Part shown: in pieces, positions 8,728-19,574 of the stretch | Position numbering within the stretch: the first letter of the stretch is position 1 | How the letters are laid out: every line of letters begins with the position of its first letter | Source: Methanotrichaceae archaeon | GTDB taxonomy: Archaea > Halobacteriota > Methanosarcinia > Methanotrichales > Methanotrichaceae | Length of the DNA stretch: 64,000 nucleotides | Reading direction: 5' to 3' | Assembly (NCBI GenBank): GCA_963803145.1 | Contig: CAWDLW010000008.1 | Span: 500,944 to 564,943 of the forward strand | Translations under genes and position numbers: made by a program | The notes under the pieces: generated by a model | Seen by the model: the letters and a program-made list of their open reading frames with translations, nothing else | What the model was told of the DNA's origin: nothing | Databases searched by the model: none

Positions 8728-9918
8728 TCATCTTCTGCGTCGAACAAGCAGCAATGCCGTCAGCATACTAATAGCTGCGCAATCTCCTCCGAGCCCGGGA
8801 ATAGCCCGATTCGAGCCTCCCATAAGCTCCAGGGGAGCCATTCCTGCCCATTGGAAATCCTTAGGCCCTGTATATCCCAGCTTTTCAGCCTGGCTGAACG
8901 CCTCTTTGGCCTTTGCCTCAAATCCAAGCTCCTGCAGGGCTAAGCCACCGTTGATCCAAGGCTCAGCATATTTCTGGTTCAAGTCGATCGCATCTCTGAA
9001 GCATTCCAGGGAGCTGTTCTGCTCTCCGACCTTGACCAACGCCAGTCCCTTATTATTCCAGGTTTGAGATGAATAATAATCGTCCTCGATCGATCTGTTA
9101 TAACAGTCGAGAGCATCTTTGTATCGATTCAAATTTGAAAGCACTACTCCTTTGTTGTACCATGCCCTGGCATTTCCCTGGTCTTGGAGGCACGAACGGT
9201 TCAGGCAGTCTAACGCCTCGCCCGTTTTTCCGAGGTTGTATAAGGCTATACCCTTGTTGTTCCAGGGATCGCTGTTGCCCTGGCTTATATTGATCGCCTT
9301 ATCGTAAGCGTTCACTGCCTCTTCGTTTCTGCTCAGGGATGCGAGAGCTGCACCCTTGTTGTTCCAGGTTTCCGCACGAGATTGATCTTGGGCGAGAGAT
9401 TTATCATAGAAAAACAGGGATTTATCATAAGCTCCCTTATTGAAGAGCTGGTCGCCGGACGTCCTCCAGGTCTCTGCACCAACTGGATTATCCCCTGAAT
9501 AATATTGAGCCGAACTCAGGGCATGTCTCCTTGCGGCATCAGAAACCTTAACTGTCGAGTTCAGCAGCTTGATGACCGTGCCAAGCTCCGAGTCAAGCTG
9601 GTCCTTTGCGGTGGGATCGAACTTGAGCGAGCTTCCGATCTGGATGCTGCCATCTGAGAAGACTATAGCAGTATCTGATTTACTTGCGCTGCCCAGGCGC
9701 CAGCGCAAGTGTTCGCTGTCACTTTCCACTACTTTATAAGTGCTCGTGGAATTGACCTTTTGGTACAGAGAGCCGAGATTCGGCTGAAGCCCAATGTCCG
9801 TAAAGACACTTGACCCAAATCCTTTTGCTAATGTTGTTTCTCCTGAGGCCATGGATATGCTCAATAAAAGCATGATTCCAACTGCTACAACCACAATTGG
9901 TATCTTGCCTCTATTCAT
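8728..9918 (-). CDS. Secreted TPR protein with PGF-CTERM-like anchor
   Basis: Signal peptide from MNRGK; TPRs; C-terminal IPGL + hydrophobic helix + RRRR. Confidence 0.88.
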   Translation of the reverse strand: MNRGKIPIVVVAVGIMLLLSISMASGETTLAKGFGSSVFTDIGLQPNLGSLYQKVNSTSTYKVVESDSEHLRWRLGSASKSDTAIVFSDGSIQIGSSLKFDPTAKDQLDSELGTVIKLLNSTVKVSDAARRHALSSAQYYSGDNPVGAETWRTSGDQLFNKGAYDKSLFFYDKSLAQDQSRAETWNNKGAALASLSRNEEAVNAYDKAINISQGNSDPWNNKGIALYNLGKTGEALDCLNRSCLQDQGNARAWYNKGVVLSNLNRYKDALDCYNRSIEDDYYSSQTWNNKGLALVKVGEQNSSLECFRDAIDLNQKYAEPWINGGLALQELGFEAKAKEAFSQAEKLGYTGPKDFQWAGMAPLELMGGSNRAIPGLGGDCAAISMLTALLLVRRRR

Positions 9919-10102
9919 GCTTTTACGACCTATTGAAGATAAATGTACATCCGTAGTTATAGCCATCCCAGCAATTATTCTTGTTGCGAACGTTTGTGCT
10001 CTGTGTCTTAATGGATGATAATAGGAATTCTATGATTCATTTAGTATCTGAGGTAATATCTATTAGGAATTGCCCCAGTAAAAAAATAATATCGAGGATA
10101 CA

Positions 10103-10453
10103 TCAGCTCTTTGCTATCGATCCAAGCGCCACAGTTCCAGGCATTGTCGTGATCCCTTCAGGGGTCGCACTGGCTCCGGATGGCAGCTTTATGGAGTAGG
10201 ACGATACTCCTCCAACCTTTATGGAGTATGGGACTTGAGTGACCGTGACCGCCGATGTCGGGGAAGCCTCCGGCGGAATCGAACCTGGCGTGATATTTTG
10301 GGCAGGCTCACCCATACTTATCGAATAATTGACCGGCGTCGACCCAATGCTGTAGGACTGATTGCTTCCAGACTGGAAGGTGAACCCTACTGCAGGCGAT
10401 AAAATAGCTGCCGCAAACATAAGGGCTATAGTTATTGCCAAAACGTTTTTCAT
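10103..10453 (-). CDS. Secreted hypothetical protein
   Basis: Signal peptide; AGGAGG RBS; repeated YSI motifs. Confidence 0.7.
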   Translation of the reverse strand: MKNVLAITIALMFAAAILSPAVGFTFQSGSNQSYSIGSTPVNYSISMGEPAQNITPGSIPPEASPTSAVTVTQVPYSIKVGGVSSYSIKLPSGASATPEGITTMPGTVALGSIAKS

Positions 10454-10596
10454 CTAAGATTGCCTCCTGATTCCTCTAGTCCTCTTTAACCGCTTTTATA
10501 TGTCTCATTCACGAGGTTAGCAACTGATCTTGTACATACTTCCCTTTGGAGAGACTTGGGCTTTTCTAGTTACTCTTCTTATTTATAGGCTTTTAT

Positions 10597-11918
10597 AGGA
10601 AAACAGGCAGAAGACCCGCTCCCTTCAGGGGGCGGGATGAATGCCGTACGCTTTCCAGATTACTTTCGCTCCGTGCTCCATAGCTCTATATTCAAGCGCA
10701 CTTAGAATAAAAACGAAATGAAGACTGCCTATAAGTTCAGAATGTATCCAACCAGGCGCCAAGAAGCTATGTTGGACCTGACACTCGAAACTTGTAGACA
10801 TCTCTATAACCTAGCTTTGGCAGATAGGAAGAATGCCTATGAAGTTGAAGGCATTAGCAGAACCTATGAGGCTCAAGCTGCAATGCTGACGACTGATAAG
10901 AAGGACGGTAATTTCAAGGGTGTCTTCTCCCAGGTGCTTCAAGATGTTCTGAGAAGATTAGACAAGTCCTTCAAGTCATTCTTCCGAAGGGTCAAGGCAG
11001 GGGAAAAACCTGGATACCCTAGATTCAAGGGCCAAGGCTGGTATAAGTGTTTAATATCCTCAAAGTCGTTTACATATCCTCAAGTCGGATTCAAGCTCGA
11101 AGGCTCAAAGCTGACTCTCTCCAAGATCGGATCTATCAGGATATTCAAGCATCGAGAAGTCGAAGGTAAGATCAAGACTTGTACCATCAAGAAAGATAAT
11201 CTAGGTCATTGGTATGCGATCTTAATATCTGAGATAAAAGATGTGCCTCAGATTGAGCCAAAGACCGCCATTGGTGTAGATGTGGGCTTGAACAGCCTAG
11301 TTGCTCTTTCCACAGGTGAAACCGTTGAATATCCACGGTACTATGTCAAAGCTGAAAGTAAGCTTGCAGCAGCCCAAAGAGATCTTTCCAGGAAGAAGAA
11401 AGGATCAAGCAATAGACGGAAAGCCAAGGCCAAAGTCGCCAAGCTTCACCAGAAGGTCCAGAACCACAGAGACGAGTTCCTGCATCAAGTATCCAGAAAG
11501 CTCGTAGATTCAGTAGATATAATCGTATTTGAAAACTTGAATATCCAGGGAATGTTGAAGAATCATCATCTAGCTAAGCACATTCAAGATCATGCTTGGG
11601 GCAAGTTAATCCAGTTCACAGAGAGCAAAGCTGCGAAGGCTGGCAAAGTGGTAGAACTGGTAGATGCGAGATATACATCTCAGAAATGCTCCCAGTGCGG
11701 TATCATGGTTCCCAAGCAGCTGGCAGATCGAGTCCATCACTGCCCTAAATGCGGACTGGTGATGGACCGAGATCTCAATGCCAGCTTGAACATTCGCACC
11801 CTCGGACTGAGGGGAAGTGCCTATCAAGATTCGACCCCTACTTTGAGCAAACTATCAAAGCAAGTCAGATCGATGACGTAGGAAGCCCTGCCCCTTCAGG
11901 GGCATGGGAGGAAGTCAC
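10597..11918 (+). mobile_element. IS200/IS605-family element, tnpB only (IS1341-type)
   Basis: Left hairpin CCCGCTCCCTTCAGGGGGCGGG; right hairpin GCCCCTTCAGGGGC ending GGAAGTCAC; left boundary inferred after TTTAT; no tnpA. Confidence 0.85.
10718..11881 (+). CDS. tnpB: RNA-guided endonuclease TnpB
   Basis: KTAYKFRMYP N-terminus, RuvC GVDVGL / VFENL / DRDLNAS, Zn finger CSQC..CPKC. Confidence 0.95.
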   Translation: MKTAYKFRMYPTRRQEAMLDLTLETCRHLYNLALADRKNAYEVEGISRTYEAQAAMLTTDKKDGNFKGVFSQVLQDVLRRLDKSFKSFFRRVKAGEKPGYPRFKGQGWYKCLISSKSFTYPQVGFKLEGSKLTLSKIGSIRIFKHREVEGKIKTCTIKKDNLGHWYAILISEIKDVPQIEPKTAIGVDVGLNSLVALSTGETVEYPRYYVKAESKLAAAQRDLSRKKKGSSNRRKAKAKVAKLHQKVQNHRDEFLHQVSRKLVDSVDIIVFENLNIQGMLKNHHLAKHIQDHAWGKLIQFTESKAAKAGKVVELVDARYTSQKCSQCGIMVPKQLADRVHHCPKCGLVMDRDLNASLNIRTLGLRGSAYQDSTPTLSKLSKQVRSMT

Positions 11919-11935
11919 AGCCAAAGGCGACTGTA
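11770..11935 (+). ncRNA. Predicted TnpB omegaRNA (reRNA) with guide in 3' flank
   Basis: Inference from TnpB biology: RNA overlaps the tnpB 3' end and right end; 5' boundary is a guess. Confidence 0.45.
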
Positions 11936-12018
11936 CTGAAATGGATATCCGGTATTACCTCAAAATCTTTTGGCGAGCATTCAGCCCAAAAAATATTGAT
12001 TTACATTCAAGTCAATAT

Positions 12019-12912
12019 TTAATATAAAATTTCGTCTACACCTTCCCGAAGCGAATACTTGGCCTTAAATCCTAGACTATTTATTTTCGCCGTATCCGCC
12101 AGAGTGTGCATAACATAGTTCTTTATCGGGTTCTCTTTGTATTCAGGCTTGAGATCCTTTCCAAGCATTTCATTCAGCAGATCCGCAACTTGATTGAAGG
12201 TATATGACCTTCCAGTCCCTACATTGAATATTCCCGTGCCCTTCTTCGATGCGAGGGCCAGGGCATCAACAACATCTTTCACATAGGTGAAGTCCCTGGT
12301 TTGCATCCCATCGCCGAATATCACAGGCGCATGTCCCTCTCTCATGCCCCACAGGAACTGTGTGATCATATTGGCGTAAGCCTTCTTGGCCTCCTCATGG
12401 GGACCGTAGACAGAGAAGAACCTCATCCCTGCATAATCGATGCCGTAGAGCTTATAGTACAGCTCAGCTATGCGTTCTATGGCCAGCCTGGCCTCAGTAT
12501 AGTAATCCGTAACCTGAATTATCGCATCCTCTCTATGAGGAACTGGAACACCATTGTATAACGAGGAGGACGATGCAAATACAACCTTTTGGCTGCTAGA
12601 GCGCCGGGCAAGCTCCATTATAGATATCATGCCGTTGATCGCCTCGCCGACAAGGTTGGGATTCTTCTTATACATAGGAGAAGAGGACGGGATTCCCAAA
12701 TGAAAGATAACATCCGGCTCCAGGTCAAGGGAGAGACAGTCGTTACAAGATCCTTCTATAACTCTGATATCCTTGGCGACCTTCTCAAGGTTCTTGATGC
12801 TTCCTGTGTGGAGGTTGTCGAGCACTGTTACCTCATAGTCATTCACCAGCGTCTCGACTAAGTTTGAGCCGATGAACCCTGCGCCGCCTGTTACCAATGC
12901 TTTCATTTGCAA
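12019..12912 (-). CDS. NAD-dependent epimerase/dehydratase (nucleotide-sugar)
   Basis: VTGGAGFIGS, ASSSS, FSVYGP, RDFTYV motifs. Confidence 0.92.
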   Translation of the reverse strand: MQMKALVTGGAGFIGSNLVETLVNDYEVTVLDNLHTGSIKNLEKVAKDIRVIEGSCNDCLSLDLEPDVIFHLGIPSSSPMYKKNPNLVGEAINGMISIMELARRSSSQKVVFASSSSLYNGVPVPHREDAIIQVTDYYTEARLAIERIAELYYKLYGIDYAGMRFFSVYGPHEEAKKAYANMITQFLWGMREGHAPVIFGDGMQTRDFTYVKDVVDALALASKKGTGIFNVGTGRSYTFNQVADLLNEMLGKDLKPEYKENPIKNYVMHTLADTAKINSLGFKAKYSLREGVDEILY

Positions 12913-13671
12913 TTCCCTCTGAAATAAGCTTTAAAGGCTATCTTAGGCTTACCTGCTATCTACTTGTTGCTTGAAAATAAACTTTTACGCGCCCTTCATA
13001 TCTCCGCGCTTTGTTATACTTGCTGGATAGTTATACAATCCCTAAGAAACCGATGACAAGGAATAAACGGCAGAAACTAGATCAAAGCCTCCGCTATTCC
13101 GCCAGGTCCTCTTATCACCGATCAATTCAGATACTGGCCAGCGGAGACCCAATTATAGGCCGAGTTTTGGTTTAGTTCCTATGCCTTAAAATCTTATCCT
13201 TTCCTTGACGTAATCTCAAGTAGCCCTGCCGAAAATTTAGATACATAGATTAAAACAGTCACGAAGATAAAATACTAATCTAAGTTAATTACTCGTGATA
13301 AGTATTATAGCTCTTCCTTTTTTATGTCAAATGATATTGTAGCATCGAACGGTAGGGCACCCTCGGTAGTAGGGATAAAACAGCTTCAGAACCAAATCGC
13401 TCAGACGCAGGGGGACAAAACAGCTTACTGAAGGCATGAGATTCAGCAATGAATCCAGGTGATCGTATGATAGATGAACCTCCTTTCGGTAAGTGGAGTG
13501 CCAGCGAGCTAATTCATTGGCGAGTAGTTGACTGTGACCACAACTTCTTCTTGCAATCAAATTAAAGAGACCTGATTAAGGCAAGAGATATTCCGCTTTC
13601 CAGTTCTCTCCTATAGGTTAAATACATCTGAGGATAACATAGATCCAGTATACCATTGAGGCCGACCGGAA

Positions 13672-14106
13672 ATGCCGAACGAAATACACTATCAGGAGGA
13701 ACCAATGAATAGAGCAGTACGTCTTGTATCCGAGGATGATGTCTTCAAATCAATGACCTATGCAGCCATGAAGATAAAGGCAGGCAAGCTTAAGCCCGGC
13801 GAGATTGTAGTTATCGGCAACCATGAATTCACTGTAGCCGAAGACGATGAGGGGACAGGGATAACTGTACAAATGATTCTGAGCAGGCAGTTTATCGAAA
13901 GCTTGGCAGAAGTCAAGGCCAGTAGTGCCGGCCTGGACCTGAAGGACTTAGATGATCGCACTCATAGCGAGAGGATGGAACAATTTCTAAGCATGCTGAA
14001 GGAGACACTTCGGAAATGGCATGAGACCGAGATGCGCTCGGGCCCTGGAGATAACCTGACCTTCATCAGGATGGTTTATAAATGGAGCTATGGTAACTGG
14101 AAATAG
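13672..14106 (+). CDS. Hypothetical protein
   Basis: ORF with globular composition; AGGAGG before internal ATG (13705). Confidence 0.7.
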   Translation: MPNEIHYQEEPMNRAVRLVSEDDVFKSMTYAAMKIKAGKLKPGEIVVIGNHEFTVAEDDEGTGITVQMILSRQFIESLAEVKASSAGLDLKDLDDRTHSERMEQFLSMLKETLRKWHETEMRSGPGDNLTFIRMVYKWSYGNWK

Positions 14107-14311
14107 CACCTACGAATCGGAATGGCCCATAAACTGGAAAGACCTATGGCTGGAAATAGTATTTAGGGATCGGGAATAGCGCCGATATTCTGAATAAAGG
14201 ATTAATTGTGTTTCCAGAGGGACTAAGAACATCGAGAATATCAGCGCTATAGCCCAAACGAGGATAGCCGATGATTAATATGATCAGTAATATGACGGGA
14301 TATCAGGAACG

Positions 14312-15247
14312 ATGGATTTCTTTACTCATATCCTGATAGGCCTAATCATTGCGTCATTGGCCGATGGCTCCAACACTAATATTTACATTGCTTCAGGCAT
14401 CTTCATGAGCCTACTCCCGGACCTCGATTTTCTTATGGCCCCTCTATGGAAGAGGCTTCCCTTCACGGGACATCATGGGATAACTCACACTCTAGTCTTT
14501 ATTATTGCCGTCTCCGTTTTTATCTACGAAGCCCTTTCATCCCTGTTAGTTCTGACTGAAGCCTCGGATAAAAGGCTGCTCTTGGTTATTTTCCTGACAG
14601 GATTTTCCCATATCCTGGGCGATCTTCTGGGCACAGGAGGTGTGCCTCTTTTCTATCCTCTCAGTAAAAGGTACTACAAGCTGAACATAGATCTGGGCAT
14701 CAATCCCGTGCTGACTCTTTTCTCCTTCATTGGAATTGCAGTGCTCTCTTCCGCCTACATTGGCTTCACTCACTTTATTGATGCAAGGGGCGCTGCAATG
14801 CTGCTTGGATCGGTATTTGTCATTTACTATGCATTCAGAGCTGCACTGAAGATCCGTGAGGAGATGGCCGAAGAGAATAAAGGCTTTGCTGCCCTCCCTA
14901 CGGTCAGGCCATATAGATGGAAGTTTGCGAAGAGGACTGAGACACCGGAGGCCATTGAGATCGCTCTCAAGACATCAAATGGAATCAGAACTTACAGAAT
15001 CCCTAAGGACAGACGAGATAAAATAGAGCGTTGTGAGGATCTTGCATATACATATTGGCACCCTCAGGTACAGGGAGAGATGCGCTTCTTCGAATATCCT
15101 TGTTATAGGACAAGATGCGAGGAGGGCAGGATGGAGATAACCTGGAACTCGGCTGAAGCTGGAAAGTTCATTGAGATCAAGGTTATCTGCGAGAAGGGAG
15201 ATCTAAATTACTGCAAGCTACTTCGCGGCAGAAAAACATGGTTCTAA
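14312..15247 (+). CDS. Membrane-bound metal-dependent hydrolase (YdjM/DUF457-like)
   Basis: TH, LPDLD, HHGITHT, SHILGDLL, GVPLFYP motifs. Confidence 0.88.
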   Translation: MDFFTHILIGLIIASLADGSNTNIYIASGIFMSLLPDLDFLMAPLWKRLPFTGHHGITHTLVFIIAVSVFIYEALSSLLVLTEASDKRLLLVIFLTGFSHILGDLLGTGGVPLFYPLSKRYYKLNIDLGINPVLTLFSFIGIAVLSSAYIGFTHFIDARGAAMLLGSVFVIYYAFRAALKIREEMAEENKGFAALPTVRPYRWKFAKRTETPEAIEIALKTSNGIRTYRIPKDRRDKIERCEDLAYTYWHPQVQGEMRFFEYPCYRTRCEEGRMEITWNSAEAGKFIEIKVICEKGDLNYCKLLRGRKTWF

Positions 15248-15554
15248 TTCCTACCAAAGAATTATAGTATTTTATGGGTGATAGTTCATCGTTTATTTAT
15301 TTTGGGAGTGCGCTAGTAAAACCACTAGTTTTAGCACCAAAAGTAAAGTCAGAGCGGTTCCAGGATGGACGTTCTTGAATTGTAGTCAATAGTAAGCTCT
15401 ATGTCGATTATCCAATCCAGCGACGTTTCACTACAAAGGCACAAAAACATCAAAAACGAACATGGCGACATTTACCTTAAGCTGATGCTTGCAAGGGTCA
15501 ATCGCAATGGAAGGAAAGGATTTTCAGATCAATTGCTCTCGATTGGAATAATAT

Positions 15555-17627
15555 CTATTTTTCTTGGCTGCATCTCCCTTGAGCTGAATAATCTGCCCAG
15601 CTCTTGAAGATGCTGTAAACATTTGTTGCCCCCATAATAGGTTCATCCGGGATGCTCAATGAATTAGGGAACAAGATAAACGGCTGAGTCTGAGTTCCGC
15701 CCAAGCCGCCATGTGAGCCCACTAGCTCCTCAAAGGCAGCAATCTCGCCAGTCTCAGGGTTATAGAAGCTGTTCACCAGTATATCGGGACAATCTTGAAA
15801 GCCGTCCTCACGGACGAGATGTCTTGCAGCATTCGGCCCGAATACTTTCAGGGGATTTTCGCCTTCTATATGATTTTTCTCAATGAAGTATATGCCCTTT
15901 TTTCCAAGTACCATTCCCCCATGCTCTTTTGAGTGGACCATAATAAATCCGACACCCTCATGCTGTACCAGCCCAGGAAGAAGCAGGGGAAAGCGCTGGC
16001 TTATCTCCTCAAAATTCAGCCTATACAGCCAGTCTGCGAAGTAGATCAGCCCCAGGTTGCCCGATGCAGTAACGATGATATTGGCCCCTTTAACTTCAGC
16101 ATTCTTGTTGCATTCCTTGCAAACAATCTCATGATCAGGTCCCATCGTGATAGTTCCCTCATAGGTCCTTGGCTTGAATGCATGGCGAAACGCCTTAGCC
16201 GAGAGTCCCTCCTCGTTTCTGATGGCATCGTTCAGAAGATCATTGAAATGCATCCAGGCGTCAGTTGCTGCCGTAATCTCTTCTACACTCAGATCCTTTG
16301 AGATCAGGCTTTTAACCAGGTCCTTGAGGCTCAGACCATAGCGCTGCCTGAAGGTCGCACCCTGGGATTGGCCGTGATCAGATAGAACGACAAAGCGGTA
16401 GGGCCTGGGTGCTCTCTTGGATATCCTTTCCAGACGAGCAAACTGTTTATCTAAGCGGCGCAGCGTTCCTAGCGCATCTTTGCGTTCGATGCCGGAGTGG
16501 TGGGCCACCTCGTCATAGCTGCTGAAGGTGGCGTAGGCTGCAGGTATCCCAGCAAACATGTCGCCCATCAAAGTTGCAACATCGATATCTGGTAGAAAAG
16601 CTGTGACAGCAGCCCTGATGAAGGGATAAATTCCAAGTCTGCGGATTCGGGGTTTCTCATTCCGGAGCAGCTGGCTTAGACTATATCTCAGCTCAACGAG
16701 CAAATCCCAGAGAATGAGACCTAAACTGCGAGAGAGGTTATAGGGATTCAGGAAATAGGCATAGAACTGGCGCGCCTGAATCTTGGATGTATTGAAGAGT
16801 GAGCTTGTGGTGATCATGACATTGGGCGCATCCCCTGAGAACATACTCGTTCTACTGGCCCCATCACTAACGAGAAGACCATTTCCATTTGTGATCATAT
16901 TCTCTATCCTGGCAGCTGAAGGGGGATGACTGGATATTACCTTCCTTTTCTCGGACTTTATGTAATATGAAAAGCCGGGAATGTTTGTATTGTTGCCGTG
17001 AAGTATTCCAGCCTGGCTTGCCGATGTCTGCGATGAAAGATCCGTCTCCCATCCAATCAACCTATGGCTGCCGCCTTCCAGCCAGCGCTTCAGAGTGGGC
17101 ATAAAGCCTTTCTGCAATGCTTTTTGCAAAATTGGCTCGGCTAGGCCATCGATCTCAAGAAATATGATGCCCGGAATCTCAGTCTTCAATAATCTCCTGT
17201 CCTTTTGGATCTGCCTCTGAACAACCATGCTGTACCATGAGTCATCTTCATCGATGGAAAGCATTCCACCCAGGCCCGATGTTATGAGCGACATTCCTAT
17301 GGCTACTCCCATCGCTGAGGCCAGCCCATGAACGAAGAAACCTGGCACAAAATTGCTAGACAGCTGAATCATCAAGCCATTCAAGATTAACACGAAGGTG
17401 CCGAAGGTGTAGATGGCAACTGGGAGAGCAAGGCGGATTAAGGCTGGCCAGATGAGGGCATTGAGCAGCCCGATTGTTGCTGCTGCAATTATGGGCGTAT
17501 ACCAGAACTCAATGGTAAGATTCTTAGGAAAAAGCACAGCAATGATTATCAGAGATAAGGAGGCAATAGCCCAGATGGCCAGCATGCGGCCCATGAACCT
17601 CAAGGAGGATATCTTCAGTTTTCTCAT
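15555..17627 (-). CDS. Phage-holin-like 4TM domain fused to alkaline phosphatase/phosphodiesterase domain
   Basis: N-terminal holin_4_2-like TMs (GLLNALIWP...TFGTF..ILNG); EIDGL, SQTSASQ, DEVAHHSG, LSDHGQ, HGGLGG. Confidence 0.88.
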   Translation of the reverse strand: MRKLKISSLRFMGRMLAIWAIASLSLIIIAVLFPKNLTIEFWYTPIIAAATIGLLNALIWPALIRLALPVAIYTFGTFVLILNGLMIQLSSNFVPGFFVHGLASAMGVAIGMSLITSGLGGMLSIDEDDSWYSMVVQRQIQKDRRLLKTEIPGIIFLEIDGLAEPILQKALQKGFMPTLKRWLEGGSHRLIGWETDLSSQTSASQAGILHGNNTNIPGFSYYIKSEKRKVISSHPPSAARIENMITNGNGLLVSDGASRTSMFSGDAPNVMITTSSLFNTSKIQARQFYAYFLNPYNLSRSLGLILWDLLVELRYSLSQLLRNEKPRIRRLGIYPFIRAAVTAFLPDIDVATLMGDMFAGIPAAYATFSSYDEVAHHSGIERKDALGTLRRLDKQFARLERISKRAPRPYRFVVLSDHGQSQGATFRQRYGLSLKDLVKSLISKDLSVEEITAATDAWMHFNDLLNDAIRNEEGLSAKAFRHAFKPRTYEGTITMGPDHEIVCKECNKNAEVKGANIIVTASGNLGLIYFADWLYRLNFEEISQRFPLLLPGLVQHEGVGFIMVHSKEHGGMVLGKKGIYFIEKNHIEGENPLKVFGPNAARHLVREDGFQDCPDILVNSFYNPETGEIAAFEELVGSHGGLGGTQTQPFILFPNSLSIPDEPIMGATNVYSIFKSWADYSAQGRCSQEK

Positions 17628-17845
17628 AAATCCTCGATATATTAGAGCCAGTATGCATCCCTAAAATCTTTTACGATGTACTCTATTGGATCAAATTGAA
17701 ACTGCGTTCGAACTATCTTATGAAAATACATAATACGAATTGCATATATGAAAGGTTTATAAATAGATAGATTAGATAGCGATCTGATGTTATAGAATCG
17801 GCGAGTAATTAATCGCAGTAGAGCAGCAAATATGGAGGTCTATGC

Positions 17846-18574
17846 TTGGAAAAGAGATATGTGGTTCTCCTAATATCGTTCGTATTACTTTTCACGGCTG
17901 GTTTATCATCATGTCAAGATAATTCCCAAGCAGACAACGGTCCTATCCTGGGGAACCAAACGGCACCTGCATCAATGAGCACAATTAGCCAAGCAAATGC
18001 AGCTCGAGTGGCAACCGTCGCGAATATCAATGCTACAGCAGCCCAAAACTTGAAGTATATCTGGACAATAACCGGCATCGAGAACGATCCAGTCACTATG
18101 GCCTTGGATCAGGATGGACAAGACCTCTTTGGCCGGGCTAAGTACGCGCCTGATAGCGGCGAGCCCTGGAACGGGAACGTCGCAGGAGTCACCTCCGGAA
18201 ATGAAGTGCATCTTGTTATAACTGCTCTGAAAGGCGATAAACAGGTTTCAACAGTGCTTGACGGCATCTTTGACGATGGAGGAATTACAGGCAAATTCTT
18301 CCAGACCAGTGAGGGCGAGATATCCAATCGTGGCGAGTTTAACGCCATGTGGATAAACCCAGATTTGTCTAGCTATACACCCGTCGAGATCAAAGACAAC
18401 AATACAGAGATGCAAGCTCAAACGGCCAACGCTATCGCACCTGCTGATGTAAATCAGATATCTCAGCAGAAGTCCATATACCATGATGTTCATCAAGATG
18501 CAGATAGAGTCTTGACAGGAGTAGGTGATATAAGCCAGATACCTATAGGAATGGGCGGCAGCGGCTTACCTTGA
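17846..18574 (+). CDS. Secreted hypothetical protein
   Basis: TTG start after GGAGG; signal peptide. Confidence 0.8.
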   Translation: MEKRYVVLLISFVLLFTAGLSSCQDNSQADNGPILGNQTAPASMSTISQANAARVATVANINATAAQNLKYIWTITGIENDPVTMALDQDGQDLFGRAKYAPDSGEPWNGNVAGVTSGNEVHLVITALKGDKQVSTVLDGIFDDGGITGKFFQTSEGEISNRGEFNAMWINPDLSSYTPVEIKDNNTEMQAQTANAIAPADVNQISQQKSIYHDVHQDADRVLTGVGDISQIPIGMGGSGLP

Positions 18575-18774
18575 ATTCTTAATAGGGTTCAGATGTTGTC
18601 GATATCGAAGCTCATTCTTGTTCCCTACATACTCCCTAGCAATCACAACCTACTTAGGGACGACTCCCGGTTCTACGTATTAATAAGAGTTCTTAGGTAG
18701 GAAGGCCTTTTATTCCAACACATAGCTTTAAGAGAATGTACTAACACCATACTAAGCTAAACAGGGGGGTAACC

Positions 18775-19224
18775 ATGAATCGAGGATTTAACGAATTTAA
18801 AGAGAGTATATTGGGCGTGAAGAGAGAAGTTGAATCCAATAGTAGGAGCCATTGTGTCGGTGAAGGCTCACTGCTCACATGTAGTTTACTGATAATGTTA
18901 ATTTCCATAATAGCTATGCTTGTTATTACCCTACCGGCATGCTCAAAGGCCGATTTCAACCAGAACGCGAGTTCTGGCGCTGATTCAAACACCAGCCAGA
19001 CCGCATACCTCAAAGGGTTCGATGAAGGCTACTATCTGGGGGGTCTGTACGTCCTCGCACAGAGCAATGCTACCATTGCAGAGGAGTACGACGTCCTGGT
19101 TCAGCAACATAACGATCTGCTAAACAAAACTCTAAGTGAGGAAAATGCAGAATCCAATTTGCTCGCCAAGGTGCCCATTCCTGCTATAGCTCCGCGGAAG
19201 CCGGTTGACCCATGGGAGCTATAA
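18775..19224 (+). CDS. Hypothetical membrane/secreted protein
   Basis: ORF with hydrophobic segment and AYLKGFDEGY motif. Confidence 0.65.
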   Translation: MNRGFNEFKESILGVKREVESNSRSHCVGEGSLLTCSLLIMLISIIAMLVITLPACSKADFNQNASSGADSNTSQTAYLKGFDEGYYLGGLYVLAQSNATIAEEYDVLVQQHNDLLNKTLSEENAESNLLAKVPIPAIAPRKPVDPWEL

Positions 19225-19304
19225 GCTAAAGCATAGCATGCTAGTAGTAGCATGCTTAGGTTTTCCAAAGGGACAGCCCTTTGGGAATCACTTTCTAAAT
19301 CCCT

Positions 19305-19574
19305 TCAAATACTGGGAACCCACCCTCCATAATCATTATCTAACAATTGCTGTACTGGGATCAGCTGTCCGGATGAATTCAGTGCATAACCCATCGGAGT
19401 TTTGCCCCAAGTCCAGAGACCCGGCATCGCTGTGGTGTTGGTGGTTTGTGACGGGCCAGCTATCTGCGCCAGAATAGTCTGACCGCTGGCTCCACTGAGC
19501 TGCACCGGCTCGACAGCATTAGAGCCCAACGCCAATAACAAAACAACCAAGACGCATATCAATAGAGTTTTCAT
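19305..19574 (-). CDS. Small secreted hypothetical protein
   Basis: MKTLLICVLVVLLLALGSNA signal peptide; GLWTWGKTPMGY motif. Confidence 0.75.
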   Translation of the reverse strand: MKTLLICVLVVLLLALGSNAVEPVQLSGASGQTILAQIAGPSQTTNTTAMPGLWTWGKTPMGYALNSSGQLIPVQQLLDNDYGGWVPSI

